DNA of 64,000 bases from the human T2T-CHM13v2.0 reference genome, Homo sapiens: assembly GCF_009914755.1 (NCBI RefSeq), contig NC_060926.1; one strand, 5' to 3'. Positions 1 through 12,940 of this stretch are shown one piece after another. Within the stretch, counting starts at the first letter, position 1. Every line of letters starts with the position of its first letter. The notes beneath the pieces are model-generated. The model worked only from the letters and a program-made list of their open reading frames with translations, ran no database searches and was not told where the DNA came from. A program made the position numbers and the translations under genes.

Positions 1-1135
1 TATTTATAAGTAATGCTACTATGAACATTCATGTACAAGTTTTTTGTGAATATTTATGTACAAGTATCCTCTTGGGTATATGCCTAGGAGTAGAATTGCT
101 GGATAACTCTGTGTTTAATTTTTTGAAGAAGTGCTAAACAATTTTCCACAGTGTGTGCACCATTTTACATTCTCACCAGCAACGCAGAAGGGCTCAAACT
201 TCATTTTCTCCACTTCTCTGCCCACATTTGTTATTTTCTGTTTTTATTTATTTATTTTTTAAATAGCTGTCCTAGAGGATCTGAAGTATCTACTTGTGGT
301 TTTGTTGTGCATTTCCTAAAGGATTAGTGATATTAAGCAGCTTTTCATGTGCTTATTGGCCATTTGAATATCTTCTTTGAAGGAATGTCTATTTAAATCC
401 TTTGCCCATTTTTGAATTGTTTTTAGTTGCAGGAGTTCTTATATATTCTGGATCTTAATCTCTTATCAGATATATGATTTGCAAACATTTTCTCCCATTC
501 CGTGGGTTTTTAAACTTTTTTGACAATGTCTTTTGATGCACAAAATTTCTTAATTTTTACAAAGTCGAATTTATCTAGTTTTTTTGTTTGCTTATGCTTT
601 TTGTGACATATTTCAGAAACTATTGCTTAATCTAATATCACGTAGACTTACATCTCTCTTTTCTTCTAAGAGTTTTATAATTTTAGCTCTTATATTTAGG
701 TCTTTGATTTATTTTGAGTTAATTTCTGTATGTAATGTGAGGTAGGTGCCCAAATCCATTTTTTTTTTTTTGCATGTGGCTATTTTTTCCTGCACCATTT
801 ATTGGAAGACTATTCTTTCTCCATTGAACAGTCTTGTCCTTCTTGTCAAAAATCAGTTGACCATAGACATGTTAGTTTATTTCTGAACTCTCTCATATAC
901 ATATATACATATGTGTGTGTATTCCATATATATTGTGTGTGTATTCCATATATACACACACATATGTATATGTATGAGAGAGTTCAGAGATATATGCACA
1001 CACACATAGGTACAAATGTATATATGCTTATGCCAGCATCACATTATTTTGATCGGTATAGCCTTGTAGTAAGTTTTGAAATCAGGAAGTTTGTATCCCC
1101 CAGCTTTGTCCTTTTTTTCAATATTGTTTTGGCCA
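1..1135 (-). mobile_element. Old LINE-1 (L1M-type) ORF2 3' region, runs off the window start; internal TA/CA-rich low-complexity patch ~895-1025
   Basis: Antisense L1 ORF2 3' motifs: ttgggtatatgcctaggagtagaattgctgg, ccattttacattctcaccagcaa, tgcatttcctaaaggattagtgatattaagc, caccatttattggaagac. Confidence 0.85.
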
Positions 1136-1664
1136 ATGAGGCTTTCTTAACCATCAGGGATAGCTAGGATTTAGTCAAGCATCTGAGTTTGGCAAATTGA
1201 TTGCAAGATAACTGTCCCCACTCCCCAACATACCCCTTCCCAGAATTGAAGACATCTCTGCCCGTGATAATAGCTCTAACCTAAAAGAGAATCTGGCCAT
1301 ACCAGAACAATGGAGATGTTGGTGATTGAAGTAGCTAGTCACTTTCAGTGTTTTCCTTGGCTTTGTGTCACATTGAAATTCAAATATGTATCATCTCACT
1401 TTATTCTTCAAACATGTACCTGAAGCAGGTAGGGCAAATGTGCTTATGCCCATTGTATAGGTGGGGAAAGTGAGTGCCAGACTCCAAGACTTGTTCAGAT
1501 TACAAAGCTAATTCATAGCATAACAACTACTAGACATCTCTCGGCACTGTATACTTTTTAGTTTTGAAAAATATGTTTTAAAAATAATTACATGAATTGT
1601 ACATGTTAATTATTATATAAGTAATTATTGCAGATAAGAAGAAACAAAAGAAAACAAGAGAAGA

Positions 1665-2063
1665 TATTTTAGTCTGTTTTTTGTTGCTTTAACAGAATAC
1701 CTGAAACTGGGTAATTTATAAAGAAAAGGAATTTCTTACGGTTATGGAGGCTGAGAAGTCAGAGTCAAAGGGCCATATCTGGTGAAGGCTTTCCTGCTGG
1801 TGGGGACCCTGCAGAGTACTGAGGTGGCCCATGTGAGGGGGCTGTGTGTGCTAGCTCAGGTCTCTCTTCTTATAAGGCCACTGGTCCCATTCCAATGATA
1901 AGCCATTCAGCTATCTACCAATTTATCCATGAATGGATTGACCCATTTATGAGGTCAGAACCCCCATAACCCAATCTCCTCTTAAAGGCCCCACCTCAAT
2001 ACTGCCACAATGGGGATCAAGTTTCAACATGAGATTAGAGGGGACAAATATTCAAACCACAGC
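1665..2063 (-). mobile_element. MST-family (ERVL-MaLR) solo LTR
   Basis: acagaatacctgaaactgggtaatttataaag ... tcttaaaggccccacctcaatactgccaca ... ggggacaaatattcaaaccacagca (reverse complement of MST 5' TGCT...). Confidence 0.8.
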
Positions 2064-2187
2064 AGAAGGAGAAGGAGGCGTGGAAGCAGAAGCAGCAACA
2101 GAAGGCAAAGAAGAAAGAGAAGGGTTACTCATGATCCCATTACTCAGAGAAGAGCCACAGACTGTGGGATTACCCACTGGACCATGA

Positions 2188-2374
2188 GCAGGGGTGTGTC
2201 AGTAAATGTTTAGCAACTGGCTCTCCAGAAAAGTCATGTCCTAATGTGACACCAATTTCTATTGTGTAAATACTTTCACCATGGCTGATTCCAAGCTACC
2301 AACCTGGCATCAGTGAATGTAGATTTGGGAGATGACATAGTTGGCTGTCAGGAGCCAGTGCCAGCACACCACTG
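2188..2374 (+). mobile_element. MER63A-like hAT-Blackjack MITE
   Basis: Terminal inverted repeats caggggtgtgtcagtaaatgtttagcaactggctctc ... ccagcacaccactg. Confidence 0.65.
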
Positions 2375-2384
2375 AAGGGGATCC

Positions 2385-2553
2385 TAGTTTCTTGCTGCTC
2401 AAAGTGGAGTCCATGGACCATCAACATTGCCATCACTTGAAAGCTTCTTAGAAATCCAGACTCTCAGGCTCTACCCTGGCTTATGGAATTAGAATCTGCA
2501 TTTGAACAAGCTCCTCAGATGATTCCTATGCATATTAAAGCTTGAGCAGAACT
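2385..2553. mobile_element. MER5A-like hAT-Charlie MITE
   Basis: ctcaaagtggagtccatggacc...agaatctgcatttgaacaag...gattcctatgcatattaaagcttgag. Confidence 0.7.
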
Positions 2554-2815
2554 GCATGTCCAATACAGTAGTTGTTAGCTACATGCATCTGTTGCATATA
2601 ATACATAGCAAATTTTGAATACTTAGCATGAAAAAAGAAGGTAAAATATCTAAAAGATTTTTTTTGTATTGACTACATGTTAATAAATATGGTAATATAC
2701 AGCATAAAAATGTTATTAAAATTAGTTTACCTACTTTTTACTTTTTAAAAATGTGGCTACTAGAAAACTTAAAACCGCTATGTGGTACACATTCTATTTC
2801 TGCTAGAGAGCATGA
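2550..2815 (-). mobile_element. MER33-like hAT-Charlie element
   Basis: gtccaatacagtagttgttagctacatg ... aatgtggctactagaaaacttaaaa. Confidence 0.6.
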
Positions 2816-3637
2816 CGCTAGAGCATGGGATCCCTAGAACTCTGATTGCTTTGTGTGTCCCCAGGCCCACCTTATTCTAAACCCCAACTTAAGTTGACCT
2901 GAGCATTTCTAATAAGGTAATTAGTTGCCCATGACCATACTTTTAGGAAGGGCAAAAACCACATCCCTCTTCTTTTTACTACTGCTCGTGTGCCCCACTG
3001 TGAACTCAGAAGATATTAATAAGCTAAAATGAATAATTACCTCTCTACCATTGAAGTCCTTGAGAATATTCAACTTCCAGAGTGAAGGAGGATTCTGGAA
3101 ATGAGGAACACCCTGCATGCCTCTTCCTTCAACTGTTGTTATCCAGGAGGACCCCCAGGCAATGGTGTATTGGGCTGAGCATTATTTCTAGGGCTCTCAA
3201 TGATATCTCAGGGACTCATCTCTGCGACAAAGGAAGAGTCACTAAATAACTCTTGTTCCTAATAAAGCGCCCGAGAGTGGGTGCAACACTGCTCAGCACA
3301 TTAACCATATTTACCATCTAAGAGATAGAAAGCAACCTGTCTCTTTTGATGAGGAAGCCATAAAGTTTTAGGGAATGGGAAGTAAATCAAGGCTTCCGTT
3401 TGCCTTGTAAAAATGCACTGCCTTGTGCTGCATCTCACCCTTCACTCACACGAGTGTATTTTTATTCCTCTGCATAAATAAAGCATGATTTGTAGCCACC
3501 CTCTTGACTTGCTCCTGGCACCAGGTTCAACAACCAAAAAATTAAAGATGGCATTGCGTTTCTGATGAGGCCTGAGCATTAGTATGAAATACCTAAAATA
3601 CTTGTAAGATGAAAACAGCTGTAAGCTGGGAAGGGGC

Positions 3638-3669
3638 AAAAAAAAAAAAAAAAAAAAAGAAAAAAAAAG
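3638..3669 (+). repeat. Poly(A)-rich tract with no attached retroelement body
   Basis: Long A run interrupted by one G; no Alu or L1 sequence immediately 5'. Confidence 0.8.
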
Positions 3670-6062
3670 ATAAATCTTCCTCCTCAGTCCCTGTGACAGT
3701 GCATGCAAAATGCCTGATGCAGTTCTAGGTACAAAATAAGACCACAAAACAGTTTGCTTCACCTTTTCTTTCCAGGTGTTAGCACCAAGAGCACTATGAA
3801 GATAAGAATAGATAAATAAGTGAGCATTCAGATTCAGTGAAAACAACCAGCTTTTAAAATTGTTTCACAAGATCAGCGGCAAGTGCTAAACTGTGTGCTA
3901 CAGTCATATGAATCTGTGGATATTTGGAGACATGACATTTTGTTGGTTGATTTTCGTTGCCATTTTCTTCTTTTTGACCCAGAGTATTTCAGGCAAAAGC
4001 TGCTTTGTTGGCTACTAAGTCTGATAGCTCCTTTTTGCTTTTCCTGAACTTTAATTTTAGAGCTGATGTGGAGAGAAAATTGAGGACCACATATCTTATA
4101 GAGATTGTGGAGGGGGTCCCATGGTGGGAAGGTCCCGAGGGGTAGATGTCTGGATCGAACAGACCGATGAAGTTGGACTGAGGCTTGGGGACAGAGGATA
4201 AATAAGAGAACTATGGAAAGTGTATTGAAAGTTGCGAACTTTGAGCTGCAGAAAAGTGTTCAAAATGGATTATCCCATCCTGCAGCCCTTGAATGAAATA
4301 TTGGGGGCTGAGATGTGGTATCTATGGGTGTCTGGTAATTGGGGAAGGAAGACAGAGGAAAGCTGTGCTGGTGAATTCGACTCAGCAGGCCCACTCTTCT
4401 AGGAGGGCTTGTGCATCTCTAGTGTATGTTTTCCCAGTCAGCTTTTAAAGCACCTGGGATATGTTTGGTAGAGAATGTTTTCTGTCTAGTTTACCTGACT
4501 TATTTATTTATTTTTACTTTTAGGTTTTATCTAAAGAGTAACATTCTCTTTAGGGCATGTTCCCTTTTATAGATCTTAAAATATAAATTTTCTGTTAACA
4601 GAATTTGAAGAAGGCATTATCTTCATGTCAGAATTTTATATAAAGCTTCAACGTTGAGAATAGCAGGGAATAAATAACATCATATTCTAAAAAGGACAGT
4701 GGACATGGTCCACAACACATGAAGACAACGTGGAAAACTACAGAGACTCTAGCACCTCCTCCACCAGCCTATATTTAAAAAAAAAAAGCCTTGGGATTGG
4801 AAAGAATGTGAGCTGTGGGTTGTAGATCTAGGGGAGATTTTGCCCTCTATTATCCTGAGGTATTTTCTTCCAAGCCAGTTGAGAGCATTGTTTGTGGAGA
4901 TTGGTGGGTGCCTGCAATAAGGGAAGATTAGTCCCTTCCTCCCCTTTGAGCTGGTGTCTGTGGAGCAGCAGAATCCATGTCTCTGCTTGGACCCACATTT
5001 GGAGCAGAGTAGGGTATGATGAGAAAGGCTTCTGCCTCTTCACATCTGTCTTGGGAGTTTGGGGGCATGTGAGAACCAAACCATGTCTCCTGATTACCTG
5101 GAGAACCCTGAAGTCTAGAAGTGGCCTGGAGTAGCCTGAAGGCAAGATGAGAAGAGAGGGCAGTCATGGGGCAGCCTGCACACTGCATTTGACTCAGCAG
5201 GGATGATTGAGTTTTCTGTGGGCCAAGTGCTTATTGCAGAAAGCACTGAATTAGTTCTTCTTACTGTACCCTGCCAGACTATGGGACCAGGATAACATAT
5301 TATGGACATGCCGTCTGGGATAGGAATGAGTGCTAGAGGGAGGTATTTTAGAGGTCAGCCAGAGTGTATCACCATGTGAAGGAACAGTTAAGGGGCTCTC
5401 CAAGAACTTACTCCTGCAACCCACAAGAAAGCTAGCAATGATACAGCTCTACCTACTGGGTACATTGGTGGCCAGCCCATAGTGAACCAAAACAATGAGT
5501 ACAGTTAAGTGAAATGCTTGTTTCCTATCCTCTACTTCCCTTCCCTCCTCCCCAGTGAAAGACAGAAAAGGAAGAGAGAAGGAATGGAGGAAGAGGAAAA
5601 AAACAGGCCATATCCTCTTCCCCACTTCTGGTCTTGAACCAAGGGTTGAGCCTAAGGAAGAGGCCAGTGGGAAGCATTGAATTGCATGTGAGATTCAAGT
5701 TTTGATTTGCACTGGCCTGTACTTTTCAAAACCAAAAAGGGAATCTAGAATGGGACTTATTCTTATATATCTGAAACTGCCTGAAAATCTACTGGATCTG
5801 TTCAAACTGAACTGTCATCAAGAGTTGATTTGTCAGATCAGGGAGAAGGCAGTGGCTGGGGAGAAAAATAAAACTTCTTCATGCTTGAACTCCACTGGGA
5901 CTGTTCAGAATGTCCAATAAACCAATGTTAAGATAGTTCTTTCCAATGTTATTATGCCATGGCAAAATGGAAAATAGTAATTCTACTTGTAAGGAATATT
6001 GAGGCAAATAGACAAGCATATTTACCCCTAGAGATTGTAGAGGTGGCTGGCGGAGGGTCTTA

Positions 6063-6190
<128 letters not shown>

Positions 6191-7309
6191 AATGCTGAGG
6201 GTCATTAGCTCCCTTCTCCCCTAGGTTCTACCTCAAGGACTGATGACTGTGGCCCATGGATTGTGATATTATTTTACAGTGTGTGAATTCAGAGTGTCCA
6301 GGGAGAATTGTCCATCTTACTTTATGGGAGATAGGATAATTTTTAGTCTTCATATATAGTCTCTTAAAAATGACATGCATTATGGAAATCCCTAGTTTTA
6401 AAGTCTCATCTGCACATCAGCAAGTAGAAGCAGCAAATAATAATGGAACAAATATTGGTTTGGGAGAAAAAGTTCCAACATTGTTAATAGCCAGGTGTTT
6501 ACCTTGGGCAGGACTCTTAATCTATCTGGGCTTTTTTTTCTTAATTGTCAGGTGAGGGGATTGGAGAGCAAGCATTTAATAAATGGCAGTCATCACCACT
6601 GCTACCACTGTCATCACCATTAAACAAGACTGAGTTGCAAGGGAAGGAGCAATAAGCATCTCGTTCAATTAGTTCACCAAACTTTGATTGAATGCCTGCT
6701 ACATGTGAGACACAAAAGGCAATATGAAACACTCCCAAAGCAAGTAAAGTGGAATGTTTTATGCTCTAAGACCCCAGAACTCTCCAAAATCCTCAGTATC
6801 CTCTAGGACAAATGATGGGTGGTCAAATGTCTCCCTGTGGCCTCTGAAACCTTTCCTGTGATGTCTGTTTACTCCATGCAGCAGTACATACTGACCACAT
6901 ATTGGGTAGTTACTGGATGGGAGCGATTCCCTGGCACTGCCTGTCCTATTCCTCAGAGCTCCACTCCTCTGGTTTCTACAAGGATCCAAAGGAGGCAATA
7001 TGTCTAGCAAAGGGCTCACCTACATCTGATGCCTGAAATATTAAAAGTGGATTTGGGATATCCATGGCATATCAGTACTGTGTTTGGTCAAATATCAAAT
7101 TTTAGCTGCTATTTGCCCAAAGGTCTAGACATTATTATCTGGGAGGAGGGTGGTGTGTGTGTCTGGTAGGCATGGGGATCACTTTATGGGTATTCACTTT
7201 TCTCAGACAAGGAACTCAGAGTCAGGAAGCTGGGTAGAATTCTCTCTTGTGAAACAATTAATGAACATCAAGCAATTTGTTAATTTGCCTACTTCCTCCT
7301 CCCACACCA

Positions 7310-7500
7310 TTTTGGTTTGGGTTCTTCTGAAAGCAGAGCCTTGAGACTAGGCCTTGGGGGCAGGTGATTTATTTGAGAGATGATCCTAGGAAGAGGAGTG
7401 AGGGAAAGAACTTTGAGAGTGACTTAGGGAAAGAGGAAAGTCAGTATAAGGGTGCATTATCAAGCTCATTGCTAAAAGAAAGGGGAGCTTGATTCCACCA
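7310..7500 (-). mobile_element. LTR33-like (ERVL) LTR fragment
   Basis: tgggttcttctgaaagcagagccttgagac...tttatttgagagatgatcctaggaag; same motif order as 58617-59160. Confidence 0.5.
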
Positions 7501-7519
7501 GATTCTTCTTAGTCTTTTT

Positions 7520-8020
7520 TTTCAGCTGCATTTGACACCTTTAATAGGTCCCTGTTTTCTGAAAGTCTTTACTGCCTTGCTCCTGGTGACCCTGCAATCC
7601 TGGTTCTCCTTGAATTTCTTTGCTTTATTCTCATCACTTTTTCTGGGTTTCTCTTTCTCTACCTACCCACTCAGAGACTCCAGGTCCTTCCTTCAGTCCA
7701 CTACTCTTCTTCAATCCATCTTCTTGAATCATCATCTGTGCTCCCAGATTCAACTACTTTCTATGAAATGATGATTCCTAAATCTGTACCTGAAGCCTCA
7801 TATCTACTTTGAGATCCAAGATCATATCTTCAACTGCCTGTGAGACATCTCCACCCAAACCCATGAGCACCCCAGCTGGGCGTTTCTAAAACCAAAATCA
7901 TCTTCCTTACCCCCAAACCCACTCTAATTTTTTCTAGATCATGTAGTAGTACCATTCTTTACTTGCTTGAACCAAGCTAAAAACATGCAAGCCACCCCCA
8001 ACTTCTCTCTGTCCCTCACC
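7520..8020 (+). mobile_element. L2 LINE fragment (RT region)
   Basis: cagctgcatttgacac, ctatgaaatgatgattcctaaatct (decayed YADDSQI), tcaactgcctgtgagacatctccac. Confidence 0.65.
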
Positions 8021-8759
8021 TTTGAAAGTTTAAATGATTTGGCTATAGTCACACAGCTAATGGGTAGCAAATTTGAAGATAAAGATAATACATTTTTTAT
8101 CCTATATTAGCAGTTGATTAACAATCTCTGAGTTTTCATTGTTGAATTTTATTTTACTCTTTATACTGTCTAAAGAAAAAAATTAATGAGAATGAGAAGC
8201 AGCTGACAAAAGAAAAAGAGGATAAGAAACAGATTCAAAGTTAGACTAATTCTGAAAGTAGTTGGCACGTTCCTCTAGTATCTAAAAGTGGCCATCTATT
8301 AATGGGACCATCAGAGAACCACCAATCACAACTGCATCTTATTTATATCCTTTTCCCCACCCTACCTTAGCTTTTCTTTTACTAATCATGCTTTGTGGGA
8401 ATCCATTTGCCTGTATTCAAACATAAGAAACAGCAAGATAAAACGCACACCAAATTTTACAATAAAGATTTTGACAATGATGTAATTCATTGCATCCCCT
8501 TGTCCTCTCTGAGGATCCATAGGAGAAACTTCTGTCTGATATCAGTGCCAGAAATAGTTATGCTCCTACTGAAAAACTAGTTTATTTTTGCCTTTCAGTC
8601 AAATTTGTTCTTTACTGTGCTTTCCTCTTCCTGTTGACTCTTTCCAAATTCAAAGGCTTTGAGTTCCACATCTAAGAAGTGTATAGGATTAAATGGCATC
8701 TGTTGACTCCTCATTATGTATAGATATTTGTTAAAATGCATGTTAATGCATAAACATTT

Positions 8760-9050
8760 GTAGGCCACCATAAGTTCTTTTTAGAATAAGCAGACATTTC
8801 TGGCACCTTTGTCACATCTCCCAGCCCACATCTGATTTCAGCACTAACACGAGTGGACAGCTCCCAGTAACAGTGACCCAAGAAGGACATGCTTTCAGCC
8901 CCAGCGTCTTCTCCAAAGCCCTGGGAGCTTGCCACGCTGATGCAACTCAAGAAAGTGCAGGGGAGGCAATGTTCCTGGGGGATAACCATTAAACAGTGAG
9001 AAAAGGAAGCTGGTGAATAAAGACTCCAGTCTCTCACCTTGGATGATTCT
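8760..9050 (+). mobile_element. LTR16-like (ERVL) LTR fragment
   Basis: aagtgcaggggaggcaatgttcctgggggataacc...gctggtgaataaagactccagtctc. Confidence 0.45.
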
Positions 9051-10764
9051 GTTGTAGTCTGAATATCCACCTGTGCTCCATTATCACATCCCATTTCTGT
9101 CTCCTGTGTTCCAATTCAATCTTGCTCATTTATCTCTATTGCTTTGAGATAGTCTTTTGCTTTGGGGTCTGGTTTGGCAGAGGAGAACAAGGCGTAGGAA
9201 GAATTCATTCCAAAAAGCACAGGTTGCAGGGGCCACAGACATAAGTGCCTCCAGGACAGGCTGGTCCCAGGAGTGGGTTAAGCAGGCAAGAGGGAGATAG
9301 CCTATCAAAAACATTCTAAAAGGGGCACTATCTGCGTGCACTGATTATAGGTAGATGGGAGCTCAGACCCAGTGTTGCTGGCTTTGATTTTTTTTTTTAA
9401 AGAAAGAGACTTCTGTGAGAGTTTTTAATATATATAGTTCTAAAATTTTTTAAAACAACGTGTGAGCTATAAAATCCATGTATGTGGGCAAAATCTTTGA
9501 CTTGTAGAATGTTTCCTGTGCCAGTCACTGGGCTGTGGGAAACACTAAAATGAGTGAGAAGCATTATTTTGTCCTCTCTGGACATCATCCTTTTCAGAAG
9601 GGGCATCCTTGTCCTGAAGGGACTCATGGTGGAGCAATGAAACCTGTAAATTCCAACTCTATAACAAGCAGGATAAAAGTAATACATTCTGGGAAAAGAG
9701 AGTCCAGAAATGTTGTGGGTGCCCCAACAGGAAGAGATTTTTATGAAGACATTTTTCTTTATATGATATTAACATGAAATATTGATTCTACCTTAAGTAA
9801 GTAAATGGACTTCAAAATATCCAGGGGAAGCTATTTATTCTGCTGTTTGTGGGGTCTGTGGTATGGGACTGGCTTAACAGTGAGACCACTTTAATAATGA
9901 GATCTTTTGGTACTTCACTAAATAAATCCTTTTGAGGAAAGAATTTATACTTTGCTAATTTCTGCTTTGGAGTGTTACAGCGACATGCCAGTGTAAATAA
10001 TGAAATAAGATTTGACAAGATCACTCTTTCTAGGCAGGATCACTAATGAGTGAGGTAATCTCTTAAGATGTATCCACATGTTCTGGGGCCGACCATTCCA
10101 GGACTCCCCATGTATGGAGCTTGGTAAATAGTGGCAGAGACAGACCTGAAGAGGCCCCAGGTCAGGGGATCAGCAGTCTACTGCGTGGGGCTTTGATTGA
10201 GGGCAGGAGACAGAGAGGCCAGAAGTCAGCAGAACACAGGCGTCAGGATCAGGGATGATTATATCGTCCCTTGTGTCCTCATGGAACTGGGAACCCACCC
10301 CTTTAAAGACTCTTCACATGCTATATTGCACCCTATACACTTTCCCTTCAGCAAGCTTTAGCATCTTGGAGCAGGGCCAAGTTGTCACATACTAGTGCCC
10401 AGCAGATGGCAGGTATAAAGAGACATATTGAATGTCAGTTGAATGAATGAATAGAATGATAAATTGAATAAAATAAATGGATAAATTGATAAAATGAATG
10501 ATAAATTGAATAAAAACCTAGTCAGATGTATGGCATCAGGGAGATTCAGCAAGAGGTGGTTGTACTGGCAGGTGAGTGGAGCAAGGTGATAGGCAGTTTG
10601 GAGCTGGCAATGTGTGGAGATCTGGGTCTGTGGACCAGAAGGTGAAGTGAAAGACAGGCTTCTGCTTGGGGACTTCTGAGTGGGTTATCAAGGCAGAAAC
10701 TTAGGCATGAGGAAGCACAACAGGAATTCAGTTAATAGGTTGAAGGAACAGAGCACAGCTGTAG

Positions 10765-10978
10765 GGCATCAGATAGCAAGTGGTAAGAATGAATGCTCTG
10801 GCATCAGGGAATTCAAGTTCGAATCTTGGTTCGACCTTTTCCTAGCTACCTGACTGGGCAGTTGGTCTCTCTGTATTTTAGTGTTCACATCTCTTAAGTG
10901 GGGGTGTTATTGTAATGAAGATCAAATGAAATGTAGCATGTGAAGCACTTAGCACAATGACTGGCAGATAATTATTAA
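10765..10978 (+). mobile_element. MIR SINE
   Basis: gtggtaagaatgaatgctctgg...caagttcgaatcttggttc...atgtgaagcacttagcacaatgactggca. Confidence 0.75.
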
Positions 10979-11327
10979 TGAAAATATAGATAGGGCTTGA
11001 TTAGTAACAGGATGCTGGTGCTGAGCCTTCTAAGCAGGGACCAGGAGCTGCAGAGTCAGCCTGAGGTGTTTTGCAAACCATATATACTCTCAGCCCAACT
11101 CAACCATTGTGTTTCAGGGAAGAGAATGCATATTATAGTTTAGAAGTTTTCTAGGAGACTCTAATATCTTCCTTACCAAGCCTTCTCCCTAATGCACTTG
11201 GATTCTTATTTTTTTTAAATCATCCACACAAAACCAGTGTAGGTTGCAGCATCTTGTTAAAGGATTTTCCCAGAAGTGAAGTTAAAGTAGCCCCAGACTA
11301 TTGGGAATAAAAGGATATAGGGATAGG

Positions 11328-11880
11328 CAGGGCTGATGTATCCATGAGGCCTACAATACTTTTATGGGCCCACAAAGTGTTTTAATTCCTCTTTTTTTTT
11401 TTTTTTTGAGACGGAGTCTCGCTCTGTCACCCTGGCTGGAGTGCAGTGGCGCGATCTCGGCTCACTGCAAGCTCCGCCTCCCGGGTTCACGCCATTCTCC
11501 TGCCTCAGCCTCTCCGAGTAGCTTGGGACTACAGGTGCCTGCCACCACGCCCGGCTAATTTTTTGTATTTTTAGTAGAGACGGGGTTTCACCGTGGTCTC
11601 GATCTCCTGACCTTGTGATCCGCCCGCCTCGGCCTCCCAAAGTGCTGGGATTACAAGCATGAGCCACCGTGCCCGGCCTAATTCCTCTTAAAATGAGAAG
11701 AAAAGGGAACTTTTAGGTCAAATAAAATGTTGTAATATGTGATGTTAATATATTAGTCTTTATACTGACAGAGTCATAAAATATACTTTTTAATATTTTT
11801 ATGAAGGAAGGGGCCCACGAAAGCCAGAATGCCAAGGTCGTTCACAAAAGTCACCCATAAAAGTCATAATGAGGTCCTGG
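11328..11880 (+). mobile_element. ORSL-like hAT-Tip100 MITE split by an Alu
   Basis: cagggctg...gggcccacaaagtgttttaattcc [Alu] ...aactttttaggtc...gaaggggcccacgaa...aaagtcataatgaggtcctg; CAGGGC/CCTG termini. Confidence 0.6.
11394..11678 (-). mobile_element. AluY, AluYd-type (12 bp left-arm deletion)
   Basis: CpG-rich AluY diagnostics; gtttcaccgtg|gtctcgatctcc lacks ttagccaggatg; TSD taattcctctt at 11383-11393 and 11679-11689. Confidence 0.9.
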
Positions 11881-11904
11881 GGACAGGGACCCTAGCCAGT
11901 TATT

Positions 11905-12085
11905 GCACTAGAAATTTTCTACGTATAGGTGCATGAGAAACATTTAGAAAGCTTATTAAAATGCAGTTTCTTGGGCCCCAATCCAAAAAGTCAGATACAG
12001 CCTGTTTGTAGTGGGTCCAAGAATCAGCATTTTAACAGAGGCTCAGCTCATTTTGAAGCAGTCTTAAGGAGCCTTGAAAAACCTG
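11905..12085. mobile_element. MER5-like MITE
   Basis: agcttattaaaatgcagtttcttgggcccc...gggtccaagaatcagcattttaaca. Confidence 0.55.
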
Positions 12086-12940
12086 GACCACACTCAGCCA
12101 GTTGCTGTCACCCACCTGACAGTGTGACAGAGGTGCTAGGAGGATAGGAGTCTGCTGTCACAGACAAATCCATCATCAGCCCTGCCAAAAGTGTGATCAA
12201 TTCAGTGAACAAGTCAATCTGATTCTGCAGCACTAATAACTGCTGGATTGATCAAACTTTTTTCTTGCCATTTACAAGTTAGGAGTTCACTTAAATTTGC
12301 TTATAGAAAACATGCTTGAAGCAGCTTTTCTTTAATATGTTGTACCATTGTGAGATGTTCCTTTGCATTTAAAACCCAGTTTCAAAAGGTTATTTTACAA
12401 AATCATTATGTGAAACTTTTGCATTAAACACGGGTATTACACAGGCAGCAGAGTTTGCTCCACTTGTGGTGAATAAGCAGATTTCTTTAATTAAATATGT
12501 GATTTTCTTTAATTACAGCAGTTAGTTTGAAAGGTGATAACTAAGATTTTATCCTGCAAAATTTATAGAAGAGGAGTGACATTAAAATAACATTAACGTT
12601 GTAGGACAGACTTGGTGAAGGAGCAAATAGTCAGAAAATTGACAAATCCCTCACCTTAATGACTTGAAGCTGTGCTCTGTCGGGAGCGGTGTGATTTTTA
12701 TCTGCCTTTTCTTGCATTGGTGACTCTTTCCAATAACATTCAATGATCTTTTAATACTTTTGTCTTGTCTCTATTATTATTACTACATAAATGATTACCT
12801 TTAAAGATCTACCTCAGAGACGTTGAAGGTTCAGCTCCAGACCACTACAATAAAGCAAATATCACAATAACATGAGTCACACGGATTTTTCGGTTTCCCA
12901 GTACATATAAAGTTATATTTATACTATACTGTATTCTATT

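Noticed and set aside
2010-2213. Arg-rich 67 aa ORF resembling a protamine (RRRRRRGSRSSNRRQRRKRR)
   Set aside because: Starts inside an antisense MST LTR, crosses a purine-rich low-complexity patch and ends in MER63; no Cys pattern or gene structure.
10430-10515. Repeat-spacer-like array (gaatgataaattgaataaaa)
   Set aside because: Degenerate expansion of an L2 (GAAT)n tail; no unique spacers, and CRISPR is not expected in primate DNA.
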